From positions 1-64,000 of the forward strand of contig MCFH01000061.1 in assembly GCA_002104945.1 (NCBI GenBank): a DNA stretch of 64,000 nucleotides. The letters are read 5' to 3'. Position 1 is the stretch's first letter; the number at the start of each line of letters is the position of its first letter. Below are positions 39,501-52,382 of this stretch, in pieces. The DNA comes from Piromyces finnis finn. Its lineage: Eukaryota > Fungi > Neocallimastigomycota. The notes beneath the pieces were generated by a model that saw nothing but the letters and a program-made list of their open reading frames with translations, searched no databases and was not told the DNA's origin. The position numbers and the translations under genes are program-made.

Positions 39501-41466
39501 TTCTTTAATAAAAAATCGCTTTTTAATAAAGTATGTAAAAGGTTTTTTATATTATTAGTTAATATGTTATATAATTAGTTAATTAAGTTAGTTATTACCT
39601 CTCTATACGAGTTAATAACTAAATAAAGTTTTATAAAAAATAATAAAAGAAAGAAAATAAATATTATAACACAAAAATAAATATAAATGTATATAAATAT
39701 TATTATGAAATAAATTTACTTAAATAATTATTTTTAATTATATCTTTTATTTATTTATTATAATTATGATACATTAATTATTATTATAGTTATTAATTTA
39801 CTTTAATACTAACGCTAAAGTATTTAACGTTAGTTTTAGCTATGCTATTTAACTATATTAGTTTATTTTCTTTACCACTTGATTGGGTAAAGCAAATAAA
39901 TTTCCTATTTAATTAATAACCATTAATATATGGTTATGCATATATCTGGCCAATAAATGGTGACCAGAATATATGGTTTCAATTGAAATATTTGTGGGCA
40001 AACTTATGGCCACAAATATTTCTTATATGTAAGAAATAATAATTATTTGATACATAATTAATATTTCTTAGTTAAAATCATTAATTATTAATTATTAATT
40101 AATGTTATTAATATTAGTTTATTTAAATAATTATTCTCATTTAAATTTATTTTAATTATTTATTTTCACTTAATTTTAATATCTTAAATTACATTTAGCC
40201 ATTTAATTATATTATTCATCAATATTTTATTTAATATTTTTATTAATTATATTTATGCATTTAATTAATTAATTTAATTAATTACTTTTATTTAACTTTA
40301 TATTTTTATCAAATATATTTAATTATTTATTTAATTAATTACTTTAAAATAATTATTCATTGTTTAGGAATCGATATTTTAAGGTTTTTCCAATTTCTAA
40401 AATAATTGGTTTTACTTAAAGTATACGATGATCAATATGTATAGAATATTGATCGAACTTTGTTTAGGTTTTTCTTCTAATCTTTTCCTAAACAAAAAAT
40501 TATTTTGTTAAGATTAGATAAAATTTTAATTTAAACTTTAAATTTATTAAATAATATAAATAAGACTCTTGATTCTCTTCTAAGGAATCAAGAGTTATTA
40601 TTATAAAAACCAAATTATAATAATAAAAGTGTTTTTAATTTTATTTTACTTAACTTAGTTATAATAAAACATATTAACTTATTAAAGTGTAAAATTATTT
40701 CTACTCTTATAATAAACTCGAACTTAAAGATAAGTATTAATATTTATTTTCTTTATTATTCTCAATTTATCAATAAATTATATGTTAAGGATCTAAGATG
40801 AATTTAGGTAAGTTAGGTCAGAATGCCCTAACCCTACTTATTAATTTAATATAAATTATGTTTTATTATAATACTTTTATTTATTAATAAATTTATTAAT
40901 ACATCTTATTAATCAAATATTTTATTAATTCACTAAGTAGAGTTATCAAACTTAATGATTTCTCGAAAAGTTCAATTGTTGAATTAAATTCGAGTATTTA
41001 TAATTTTTAAATCAATTAATAAATAATTAATCTATTTAATAAAGTTACATTAATTATAAAATACATGATTTCAATTTTAATATAATTAACTATTCTATAA
41101 ATTAAAATATATTAAATATTTATATAATGACTTTAAGCTTATGACTTTTCTTTATTTAATTGCTTAAGTCATTTCAATCATTTGAAGGAGGAATGACTAA
41201 CTATTTCATTTATTTAAATTTCCTTCCACATCAAATGAACAAAGAGATATTATTTAAACTTTAATAAATATAAAATCTTAATAATTATAATTAATAAATA
41301 TCTCTAAAAATATTGTTTAATAATGTTTTATAAAATTATTACTCCTAATTAATTAAATGAATAAAACATTATTTAAATAAATTATCATGAATCCACTAAT
41401 ATTCATGACATTGTAGTTAATAATTCTATTATATAATAATTTATAGTGGAATTATTACATTACAAA

Positions 41467-42185
<719 letters not shown>

Positions 42186-42683
42186 CATGACACACGTTCA
42201 AATATACCTTAATTCTAAATAAGCTTAGAAAGTGGTATATTTGTGTGTAATTGAATGAATTATTTTTACTTGCTCATTCTACAAGTTTATATAATTATTA
42301 AATATAATTTAAAGTTTTAAAAACACATCTTGTTTTATAATATTAGTTTATTTATTTAAAATAAATGTATAATACATCTTGCTATGTATTATAAAAAAAA
42401 TATATTAATTTATTATAATTTTAAAATATTCTAATTTTCCTGGCTAATTAGTAATAATATTTAAAAATAATATTTTCTATTTCTATTTATAATAAATAAT
42501 TACATTTAAGTTTGTTTATAACAAAAGTTGTTTATATTTTACATTTTTAAAATTTAATTAAACATTTATATTTTATATTATTTTGATTATTTGCTATTAT
42601 TTTAATTTATATTAAGTTTATATAATTTTAAAATCAGCTATTCTATTAATTCATTATTTATAAATTTCATTCTTTATCAAAAA

Positions 42684-42715
42684 TGATAAATAATTAAATT
42701 TATAAATTATGAATT

Positions 42716-42749
<34 letters not shown>

Positions 42750-44106
42750 TTAAAACACAGATAGTTAAAAATTAAAATAATTAACATGTATAAAATTATT
42801 AAATTAAAAATTATAAATGTAAACTTTTTGTTTATTTAATTGTTTATTTAGTTTTAAATTAAATAGTTTATATTTGTTTATAATTATACTTTAAAATAAT
42901 AATTTTGTATAAATAGTGATAGAATTATTTTATTTTAAAAGATGTTCCTAATAATCCAGTAAAATTAGATAATAATATTAAATTTTATTAAAATAATAGT
43001 TGTGATTATATTTACATACATTCAAGATGTATTAAACCATAACATATATATATTTAATAATACAAGAGTTATTATATATTAAAACTTTATAATTAAATAA
43101 AATAATTTTATATTTTAAACTAACAAAGACTTGCAAATGAACAAGTATAAAAATCATTTATTCTATTTTTATTTTCTTATTTATTTTTATTTATTAAATT
43201 TTAGATACAAATATTATCACTTTCTATATTCATTTATAGAATTAAGATAATATCCTCTTTATATCAAATGGTGGAGAATCCAAAACTACTACGTAGCTAA
43301 TCTTAAGGCCGGAGGGAAATAGGAAACCTTCGGTTCCCCATAGAAAAAAATTACTACTGCATCAATTTTTAACAATTTTTATTAATTTCAAAATTAATTA
43401 AAATCGGAATAAACAATACTTCAACAATATATATTAATATATTCCAATATATTATTAATATATATTAAAAAAAAATTTCACAATATTTAATTCCAATAAT
43501 TAAATAAACAACATTAATATCAAAATTTTAAATATTCAAATTATTTAAAATAAAATCAATATTATAATACAAAAACATTATAATATAATTCAATTATAAA
43601 TCCATAATCAATTATAATATACCAATTATATATTATAAAATAATAAAATTATAATGTATATTTCACCTGAATGAAAAACATTATATTCCCACTGCTCCGC
43701 TCTTCTAAAAACTTATATGAATTTCAAAATAATATGTGGATAATGGAATAAAAGTATCAGAAAATAAACTTTAAATAATAATAAACCTTAAGTAAGCTTT
43801 ATTTGATGTGGATATAAATGAAGAATAAATTTATTTGAAAAAGACACTGTAGCTACTATAAAAAAAAATATCCGGAAAATTATATATTAAAAATAAATTA
43901 ATGGAGGACATTAGAAATTAAACATGCATATAAAGAAAGAAAGAAGAAAATCCTAAGAAGAAGAAGAAGTAATAAAATGAAGATCTTTAATTATTTATAA
44001 AATTTAATTCTTTATCTATTATTTTTCTTTTCATAACTTCAAGGGACGAAGTTATATCTTAAGGGCGAAGATATTGATAAATAATTAAATTTATAAATTA
44101 TGAATT

Positions 44107-44149
<43 letters not shown>

Positions 44150-44666
44150 TTAAAACACAGATAGTTGAAAATTAAAATAATTAACATGTATAAAATTATT
44201 AAATTAAAAACTATAAATGTAAACTTTTTGTCTATTTAATTGTTTATTTATTTTTAAATTAAATAGTTTATATTTGTTTATAATTATACTTTAAAATAAT
44301 AATTTTGTATAAATAGTGATAGAATTATTTTATTTTAAAAGATGTTCCTAATAATCCAGTAAAATTAGATAATAATATTAAATTTTATTAAAATAATAGT
44401 TGTGATTATATTTACATACATTCAAGATGTATTAAACCATAACATATATATATTTAATAATACAAGAGTTATTAAATATTAAAACTTTATAATTAAATAA
44501 AATAATTTTATATTTTAAACTAACAAAGACTTACAAATGAACAAGTATAAAAATCATTTATTCTATTTTTATTTTCTTATTTATTTTTATTTATTAAATT
44601 TTAGATACAAATATTATCACTTTCTATATTCATTTATAGAATTAAGATAATATCCTCTTCGTATCA
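42684..44666 (+). mobile_element. Non-autonomous two-LTR element (TRIM-like) with family D LTRs
   Basis: Near-identical LTRs at 42684-43266 and 44075-44666; PBS TGGTGGAGAATCC 43269-43281; purine tract AAGGGCGAAGA before the 3' LTR; ~800-bp internal region with no listed ORF. Confidence 0.85.
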
Positions 44667-44681
44667 CACAAAACAAAAATA

Positions 44682-44753
44682 TCCGCATTGGTCCAGTGGC
44701 TAGGATTCCACGCTTTCACCGTGGCGGCCGGGGTTCGATTCCCCGATGCGGAA
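44682..44753 (+). tRNA. tRNA-Glu: tRNA-Glu(UUC)
   Basis: TCCGCAT/ATGCGGA acceptor stem; CCACG-CT-TTC-AC-CGTGG anticodon arm; GGTTCGATTCC. Confidence 0.95.
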
Positions 44754-44763
44754 AGCTTTAAAA

Positions 44764-44837
44764 GCTCGCGTAGCCTAATTGGATAGGGCGTCAGACTTCT
44801 AATCTGAAGATTGCGGGTTCGAGTCCCGCCGTGAGTG
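44764..44837 (+). tRNA. tRNA-Arg: tRNA-Arg(UCU), intronless
   Basis: GCTCGCG/CGTGAGT acceptor stem; TCAGA-CT-TCT-AA-TCTGA anticodon arm; GGTTCGAGTCC. Confidence 0.95.
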
Positions 44838-46715
44838 AAAAGTTTATTTTTTAGAATGTTCATTAAGAGTAGTTTTATTTACTATTATATATAAATTTCT
44901 TATTTTATAAACATATAATTTATTTATTTAATTAAATAACTTATTTTTTTTCTAATATAGTAATAAAATAAAAAAAATTGAAAAATCATAATAATGAATA
45001 TCAGCATAGTATAGTATAGTATAGTATAATTTATTATGTGGAATTGTGTTTTTTGTTCTAATAAAGAATAAATAAATAACAAAAACAATATATAAGAAAA
45101 ACGAATTATGTATTAAATTATTAATACTTTGATACTTTGATACTTTGATACTTTAATATTTGATATTAAAAAACTGCTTTTATATATAAGTATTAAATAA
45201 CTAAACATTAAACATATTTTGACTTAAATTAGGTATAACTATAATATTAGTAGAAAAACAGGAAACTCTTTTATAAATTTTGTTTTGTAATAATTGAAAA
45301 AAAAAGTTAAGAAAAAGAATTATTTTTGTTTTTTGTATCTAGTATTCTATTAATAAATTTAAACTTAAAAGAAATGGTAATAATTAAAAAGTTTATATTA
45401 ATGCTATTTAAACAATAGTAAATAAAATCGAAAATATTTATATATGGATAAACTTGAAATTTATTATGTAATATACTTTACATTACTAAGTTAATAGCAT
45501 AGAATATATTATATTCATTTTATTAGGCACAACACACTATGAAAGATATATTTTAAAAATACTACTTTTTATCAACTTTTCAAATTGATTTTTTTATTAT
45601 TTCTTCACAAAGTATTACGAATAATCGATTTAAACTTTAAAATAACAAAATATTTACATGCTTTCATATAATTTTTTAAATTTAATTTTTAAAAATGCCT
45701 AAAAAAAAAAAAGACACTACTTTATGAAAATATATAAATTTTAATTTTAAAAATAAATACATTTTTAATTTAAATTATTATTTATAATTAAAGAAGCACT
45801 TGTTGTTATATACAGTTAGTAATAGTAAAAAGTAAAGTAATGGAAATTTTATATTTGAAGTAAATTATTTTTAATTTTGGTTTTATAAAACTTACTCTTA
45901 ATTAAATCAGTTATGATTTTATATAGGTAAATTAAATAATAAATTATATAATCAAAATTAGTTTAATCATTATTAATTAAAAGATTAGTCATTGTATAGC
46001 CTATAATGTGTTTTTAAATATAATGTTTAGTTATTATTTATATATTATATGGGTTCCCTTTTCATTAAATTTTAATAATATATATAATAAAAGAAATAAA
46101 TTCAGTTTTTATTTTTTTGTAAAAATTATATAATTATAATTTTAATTATATAACTGTTAAATATTCATACATATATTAAAAATTATAATAAAAAACATTT
46201 TAAAATTAATATTTATTCTAATATATATTTTCGAGATTATTTAATAATAAGTATCAATTATTAAGTAATGATTTTTACATTATAATAAAAGAATATTTCA
46301 AAATTTTATTAAATACAATTCGTGGAATAATTAAATAAAAATTCGTTTAAATAAAAAAAAATTTTGATAAATATTTAAATTTATGGAACAAGTAAATTTA
46401 TTCAAAATAACTATTAAAATATTTACTTTATACTTTCTCTTTAATTTAAATTACTTTAATAATTTGAATGTAGAATTAAAAATAAAGGTATATTCAGATT
46501 AAATCAAAAATAGTACAATAGAAAAATCTAAATAGGTTCTATTATACCATATTTAGAAAAAATACTTTTCATTTTTAAAATGGGATAAGTTCAAAAATCC
46601 TATCTCAAAAATGAGAAGCATTTTTTATGTATTCAATTTATTTTAATTAAGCTCTGTTATTTTGGTTTATTTAATAATCACAATTTTTCCAATTAATAAT
46701 AATATTGATTAAAAA

Positions 46716-46787
46716 TGGAGAGTGAGTGATTCGAACACCCAACCTTCCGCTCTGGAGGCGGACGCGCTACCGTTGCGCCAACCCTCC
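46716..46787 (-). tRNA. tRNA-Trp: tRNA-Trp(CCA)
   Basis: Minus strand reads GGAGGGT...TCCGC-CT-CCA-GA-GCGGA...GTTCGAATC...ACTCTCCA, followed by a TTTTT terminator. Confidence 0.95.
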
Positions 46788-47418
46788 TTCCTTAATTTTT
46801 GTCACAATAACATATATAAAAATTTAAAAAATTTGGACACATGGAAAAAATTAAAAATTTTTTTTAAAATTTGAAAATTTGAAAATTTGAAAAAATTTAT
46901 TTTTAAAATTTTTATTAAAAAATTTCAAAGTATAAAATTTCTAATATTTGAAATTATTAAATTTTTTAAAATTATTAAAATTTTATTATTAAAAATTTTA
47001 ATTTAAATTTATTAACTATTTACAATAATTATATTAATTATTAATTTATAAAAATTAAATATTTTATAATTAGATAATAATTAATTAAAATTAAAAAATG
47101 TAATAATTAAAATTGTTCATGTATAAAAAGAACAAAAATTGACAAAAATTACGAAGCTTTAGCGTTAGTAATTTTTTAACCTAAAGTTAATAAAATTTAT
47201 AAACTCCTATAAAACCTAAAACTTTAAAAATTTTAATATTTTTAATAACTTAATATAGGCTGATATTAAGTTATTGCTAAAATAAAAATATTATTTAAAT
47301 TTCTTTATATAAATATTATTAGCTTTACGCCTTCAATAGGAAAGCGTATTATATTTATTAATTAATATAACTAGTGTGCTTACCACACTTTTCTTTAATA
47401 AAAAATCGCTTTTTGACA

Positions 47419-47429
47419 TTACTAACGCT
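47419..47429 (+). promoter_or_regulatory. Self-priming PBS
   Basis: TTACTAACGCT is the exact reverse complement of LTR 47161-47171 (AGCGTTAGTAA); TATAAAAA lies at 47122-47129; no TGG tRNA-type PBS is present. Confidence 0.82.
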
Positions 47430-47499
47430 TATTATAAAAGTGCGCTAAGCACCAATTAGTTAGTAATTATTAATAACTAAATATAATAATTAAAGTTTA

Positions 47500-48315
47500 A
47501 TGGAAAAATCTCCACTTACACCTATTAAAGTGGATACAAAAGAATTTTTTAACCGCCTACAAACTACCAAGAGAGAACGTTCCCCAGGAAATACTCCCGT
47601 AAGAAAATCAAAGATGCCTAATCATTCCGGACAAGCTAATGCTTCTACGAGTAATCCTACTCAGAAGCCAACTACTAATGAGGATCTCAAGGCCCTCATT
47701 GAGTCTTTAACTGCTACCTTAACTGGGAATATCAATCAGTTAAAGGTTGATATTCAAGCTACCAGAAGGGAAAACGAAAGTCTCAATGATCGTTTGACTG
47801 TTTTGGAAAACTCTACTCAAGTTATTATGGGTAAGATGGCTACCTTAGAAGTCAACGATGCTAGGAAAGACAATCAACTCGCTGATATCAAAGCTCATAT
47901 CAGCAAGGCTACTCAAAGAGTTGATGAGTTGTCTACTCCCGTTACTCCTTCTGCTACTACCCCTCACGAACCTGACGGTGACGTCATCATGGGAGATGCT
48001 TCGCCTCCAAACGTCGCTGAAAAAATGCTTTCTTACTCAGGAGAAAGTATTCAATTACGTAGATTCATCCGTCGATGCGAACATCACTTCCTAAGACACA
48101 TCAAGTTCTATGGAAACAATGAAGCTATGAAAGTAAACTTCATTGAAGATTGTCTTACTGGTGATGCTGCAGATTGGTACGATGTTGAACAAGCAGACTT
48201 CCAGGAATCTCATCCGAATAGAAAGGTTCTTTACGAAGCTTTGAGTAAGAGATTCCTTAACCCGAAGGATATCAACATCACCAAAATCGACCTGATGAAG
48301 CTCAGACATAGTTGA
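47500..48315 (+). CDS. gag: Gypsy Gag (coiled coil and capsid), ending at an in-frame TGA
   Basis: SYSGESIQLRRFIRRCE, LTGDAADW and LMKLRH retrotransposon Gag motifs; same frame as 48397. Confidence 0.85.
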   Translation: MEKSPLTPIKVDTKEFFNRLQTTKRERSPGNTPVRKSKMPNHSGQANASTSNPTQKPTTNEDLKALIESLTATLTGNINQLKVDIQATRRENESLNDRLTVLENSTQVIMGKMATLEVNDARKDNQLADIKAHISKATQRVDELSTPVTPSATTPHEPDGDVIMGDASPPNVAEKMLSYSGESIQLRRFIRRCEHHFLRHIKFYGNNEAMKVNFIEDCLTGDAADWYDVEQADFQESHPNRKVLYEALSKRFLNPKDINITKIDLMKLRHS

Positions 48316-48396
48316 GGAAAAGCTTCCGAATACTTAGGAAAATTCTCCCAATATGTCAAATTAATTGGATGTTCCGAAGACATTCAATTAACCATC

Positions 48397-51213
48397 ATGC
48401 TTTTCCAAGTTCGACCTACCGTGAACCACGCCTTTAGTAAATTAACTTCGGATAGACAGACGTTAGAAGAACTGAAGAATCTTCTAATCAAATATGATGC
48501 TTCCAAGGATACTTATTACGATGATACTTTGGAAAGACAAGCCAACTACAAGGACAAAGAGCCCTTAATAGCTAATTTATTAGGTATTCATGGCAGTCTT
48601 TATTCCAAGAACCCTAACAAGACTAACAATCGTAATAACAACCAAAGGAATAACAATAACAACAACCGCCCATCTAACCAAAAAGGAAAAGGCTCCAGTA
48701 ACTTGGATAGCAAGTCTAGTACCCAAAATCCCAATAAAAGTACTAAACCTAATAATGGTACTTCATACTCCAGCTATCTCTGTGAAGTAGAAGAGCAAGA
48801 TATCTTAGAGCTACCAAATCCTGATCCGGAGAAGTATCCCATCGTGAAGACTAGTGTAAAAACTTCTAAAGGATCTAGACAGATTATCACTTCGTCTCTC
48901 TTAGATTCTGGCTCTACTACCAATGTAATCCATATGGATTTAGTGAAGAAACTAGGAATTAAGACCATACCAGCTGATACTGTTGTAAAGGTCATGGGAG
49001 GTAATGTCCTAATGCATTACATCACAGAAGAGTTCAACATTGTAATGAACTTATCTTCTTTAGGAGGAACTCGAGAAGAGGTTCGTCAATACAAACTTCG
49101 ATGCCACGTAGCTGATCAGCTTCCTTCTTCGATTCTCCTAGGTTCTAAGTTCATGAAAACCAACTTCTTCTGTATCTTAACACAACCTGACCATTCCTTT
49201 ACAGTTAAAATTGGTCCTGTTCCTTTCTCCAACCATAATGGATCTGAGATTAAATCTCCTAACTTTAGGAATGATTTGAAGAAATCTACACCTCTTCATG
49301 AAGTTATGTTTATCACAGAACTCGAAGACTCAAATCTGGATAAATCAACTTCCATTCCAACAGAAACAGTCTTCATAGCCGATGATCAGAATCCTGAACT
49401 AGTAGAATCTATCAACGGTATACCTTTGGAATATGAAGATTTATATGAAGCCTTCAATGAAGAACGAGCCGATGAACTTCCTGAACATCGTGTATATGAT
49501 TGTTCTATCGATTTGAAACCTAATGCTTCATTATTTTATGGGCCAATTTATCCAACTACTCCTACTGAACGTCAATTTATTAAGGAGTATATTGAAGAAA
49601 ACTTGAATAAAGGATTCATTAGAAAATCCCGATCTCCTGCTGGACATCCAGTTCTACTTCAAGATAAGAAGGATGGTAGTCTCAGATTTTGCGTTGACTA
49701 TCGCAAGCTCAACGACCAAACTATCAAGAATGCCTATCCGCTACCTTTAATCCTATCAGTCTTTGAATCAATGAAAGGTGCTAACTATTTCACTAAGTTA
49801 GACCTCAAGTCAGCTTATAATTTAATTAGGATTAAAGAAGGTGACGAATACAAGACTGCATTCAGGACGGCATTTGGTCACTTTGAGTACTTAGTCATGC
49901 CTTTTGGAATAACTAATGCTCCTGCAGTTTTCCAAGCTTTCATTAATGATATCTTTAGTGATCAAATTAATAAGTACGTTCAAGTGTACTTGGATGATAT
50001 CATTATCTACTCCAAGACCCTTGAAGAACATGTTCAACATGTTAGAAATGTTCTTCAATTAATCATTGAAAACAACTTAGTTGCGAAACTCAAAAAATGT
50101 GAGTTTCACAAAGCTGAAATCGAATTTTTGGGTCACGTAATCAGTAAGGAGGGAATCAAAACTGATCCTCACAAAATTGAAGCAGTTAAGAACTGGCCTA
50201 TCCCCACTACTGTGAAAGAAGTTCAGTCCTTCTTAGGGTTATGCAATTACTACCGTCGCTTTATCTCTAACTTTTCTAAAATTGCAAAACCATTATACAA
50301 CTTAACTAAGAAAGGCGTCACTTTCATATGGACAGACGAGTGTAATAGAGCATTTAATCAACTTAAAGAATTTCTTACTTCAGCTCCAGTTTTACTTTGT
50401 CCTGATCACGATAAACCATTCATAGTTGAATGTGACGCAAGTGACTTTGCTATCGGGGGAGTACTTTCACAAAAAGGTGATGATGGAGACCTGCATCCAG
50501 TTTATTACTTTTCTAAAACCCTTCATGATGCAGAACTTAATTACTCTATCACCGAAAAGGAACTCTTAGCAATTCGTCAAGCTTTTATCGAATGGCGTCA
50601 CTTACTTCAAGGTGCAAAATATCCTATTACCGTTTATTCAGACCATCGAAACTTGCTTTTTGCTACCAAACCGCAACTTCTATCCCAAAGACAAGCTCGT
50701 TGGCAAGAATACTTTGCTACCTTTGATTTCAAGATTATCTATCGACCAGGAAAGAAAAATGGTAAAGCTGATGCTCTCTCTCGTAGATCCGACCATATGC
50801 TCACAGTTGGTAAGGATATAAGTGAATCATCCTTACTTAAACCAACTCAATTAGAAGGATTCAACGAAGATGAATGCTACTTCTCTATGGAAACTAGCTT
50901 CATTGACGACATTAAGCAGTGCTACCTTCAAGATGAAACCGCTTGTCAGATTCTTAAGGATCTTGAAGTTCCAAATAGTGATCATCCTTGGATTCTTCAA
51001 GATGGCCTTTTAATAAGAACCAAACATCCGGAGCAAGTATATGTTCCAAGTCAACTAAGACTCTTAGTTATTAAGCTCAACCATGATGCCCCACTGCCGG
51101 TCACTTGGGAGTCGATAAGACTTATGACATTCTTAGACGTAATTTCTATTGGGTTAATATACGTCAAGATGTCGAGTCTTATATTCGAAGCTGTAGTGTA
51201 TGCAAGGCAATGA
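48397..51213 (+). CDS. pol: Gypsy Gag C-terminus, protease, RT, RNase H and integrase start
   Basis: LLDSGSTTNVI; LRFCVDYRKLN, FTKLDLKSAY, MPFGITNAP, YLDDIII; CDASDFAIGGVL, YRPGKKNGKADALSR. Confidence 0.96.
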   Translation: MLFQVRPTVNHAFSKLTSDRQTLEELKNLLIKYDASKDTYYDDTLERQANYKDKEPLIANLLGIHGSLYSKNPNKTNNRNNNQRNNNNNNRPSNQKGKGSSNLDSKSSTQNPNKSTKPNNGTSYSSYLCEVEEQDILELPNPDPEKYPIVKTSVKTSKGSRQIITSSLLDSGSTTNVIHMDLVKKLGIKTIPADTVVKVMGGNVLMHYITEEFNIVMNLSSLGGTREEVRQYKLRCHVADQLPSSILLGSKFMKTNFFCILTQPDHSFTVKIGPVPFSNHNGSEIKSPNFRNDLKKSTPLHEVMFITELEDSNLDKSTSIPTETVFIADDQNPELVESINGIPLEYEDLYEAFNEERADELPEHRVYDCSIDLKPNASLFYGPIYPTTPTERQFIKEYIEENLNKGFIRKSRSPAGHPVLLQDKKDGSLRFCVDYRKLNDQTIKNAYPLPLILSVFESMKGANYFTKLDLKSAYNLIRIKEGDEYKTAFRTAFGHFEYLVMPFGITNAPAVFQAFINDIFSDQINKYVQVYLDDIIIYSKTLEEHVQHVRNVLQLIIENNLVAKLKKCEFHKAEIEFLGHVISKEGIKTDPHKIEAVKNWPIPTTVKEVQSFLGLCNYYRRFISNFSKIAKPLYNLTKKGVTFIWTDECNRAFNQLKEFLTSAPVLLCPDHDKPFIVECDASDFAIGGVLSQKGDDGDLHPVYYFSKTLHDAELNYSITEKELLAIRQAFIEWRHLLQGAKYPITVYSDHRNLLFATKPQLLSQRQARWQEYFATFDFKIIYRPGKKNGKADALSRRSDHMLTVGKDISESSLLKPTQLEGFNEDECYFSMETSFIDDIKQCYLQDETACQILKDLEVPNSDHPWILQDGLLIRTKHPEQVYVPSQLRLLVIKLNHDAPLPVTWESIRLMTFLDVISIGLIYVKMSSLIFEAVVYARQ

Positions 51214-52382
51214 AAGCCGATCACCATGCTCCTTATGGTAATATGATCCGTGTCCCTCTTCCGGAACTTCCATGGCAACACCTACAAATGGACTTTATCA
51301 CGGACTTACCATCAAGACCTTGTAACTCTACCTTACCATTCGACTCTACCAATCCGAACCACCATCAAGGTACCATAATGGTTACTACTTGCTACTTAAC
51401 TAAGATGATACACTTAGTTGGGTTCAAACATTTACCCACTGCTAAGGAAACTGCTACTACTTTTCTTAACCATATTTTCAAACTTCACGGATTCCCCTTA
51501 TCTATTGTTACAGACCGTGGTACTCAGTTCGAAAGTCGTCTTTGGTCCCACTTGATGGAATTCTTTAATATCGATCACCACTCTGCTACTACTGGCCATC
51601 ACCGCACTGTTGGACAAGTAGAACGTAACAACGACTACGTTGAAACTTATCTTCGTTGCTACTTAGCTCAATTTGATGATCTCAGTTGGATGGATCATTT
51701 GTACTTAGCTGAATTTTGCTACAACAATTCCATCCATGCTTCCACCAAACAACCACCATTTCTCTCTGTTTATAATTATCAAGTTCACGCAAACCCACAA
51801 GTTGCAGACCTTGTTTCTTCTTTAGGACTTCATCCCCTCATCGATAGCTTCTCCCATAACTTAGCTGACCTTAAGCATACTCTCGAAGTCAGTCGTACCC
51901 GTTATCTCGATGAAAAGGATAAGCACCTTTATCACAACTTTAAGCGCTTCAAGGTCCACGATCTTGTTTGGCTTCGCAAACCCGCTAATTATCATCCTCC
52001 ATTAGCGTTCAAGCTCCAATCCCGCAAGTATGGTCCATACAAGGTCACTGGTGTCGATGAATCTAAGCTCAACTACCGCCTTGATTTATCTACCTCACCT
52101 TTCCCTCGTGTCTACCCCGTATTCCACATCAGTGAACTCGAACCATATCATCCCACTCCTCACCATCTATTGCTCAACCATCCCAACTCCAATGAAATCA
52201 CCAAGATCCTTAGTTCTCGTAAATCGGGTCATTTTTACGAGTACTTAGTCACTTTTACTGACTTATCTCAACGTTGGATCAATGCTGACACCATTGATAA
52301 GGATGACTACTACAGCACCCTTTTAGCTGATTACCAACGTCGCGCTTACCAACAATTCACCAATTCCGTCCCAGATTCTTAA
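51105..52382 (+). CDS. pol: Gypsy integrase core, GPY/F module and chromodomain-like tail (after a 1-bp frameshift near 51095)
   Basis: LQMDFITDLP, IVTDRGTQF, GQVERNN, YGPYKV, VFHISELEPY, ITKILSSRK...YEYLVTF...RWI. Confidence 0.93.
   Translation: MGVDKTYDILRRNFYWVNIRQDVESYIRSCSVCKAMKADHHAPYGNMIRVPLPELPWQHLQMDFITDLPSRPCNSTLPFDSTNPNHHQGTIMVTTCYLTKMIHLVGFKHLPTAKETATTFLNHIFKLHGFPLSIVTDRGTQFESRLWSHLMEFFNIDHHSATTGHHRTVGQVERNNDYVETYLRCYLAQFDDLSWMDHLYLAEFCYNNSIHASTKQPPFLSVYNYQVHANPQVADLVSSLGLHPLIDSFSHNLADLKHTLEVSRTRYLDEKDKHLYHNFKRFKVHDLVWLRKPANYHPPLAFKLQSRKYGPYKVTGVDESKLNYRLDLSTSPFPRVYPVFHISELEPYHPTPHHLLLNHPNSNEITKILSSRKSGHFYEYLVTFTDLSQRWINADTIDKDDYYSTLLADYQRRAYQQFTNSVPDS

Noticed and set aside
44642-44863. 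73-aa minus-strand ORF
   Set aside because: Antisense to the tRNA-Glu and tRNA-Arg genes.
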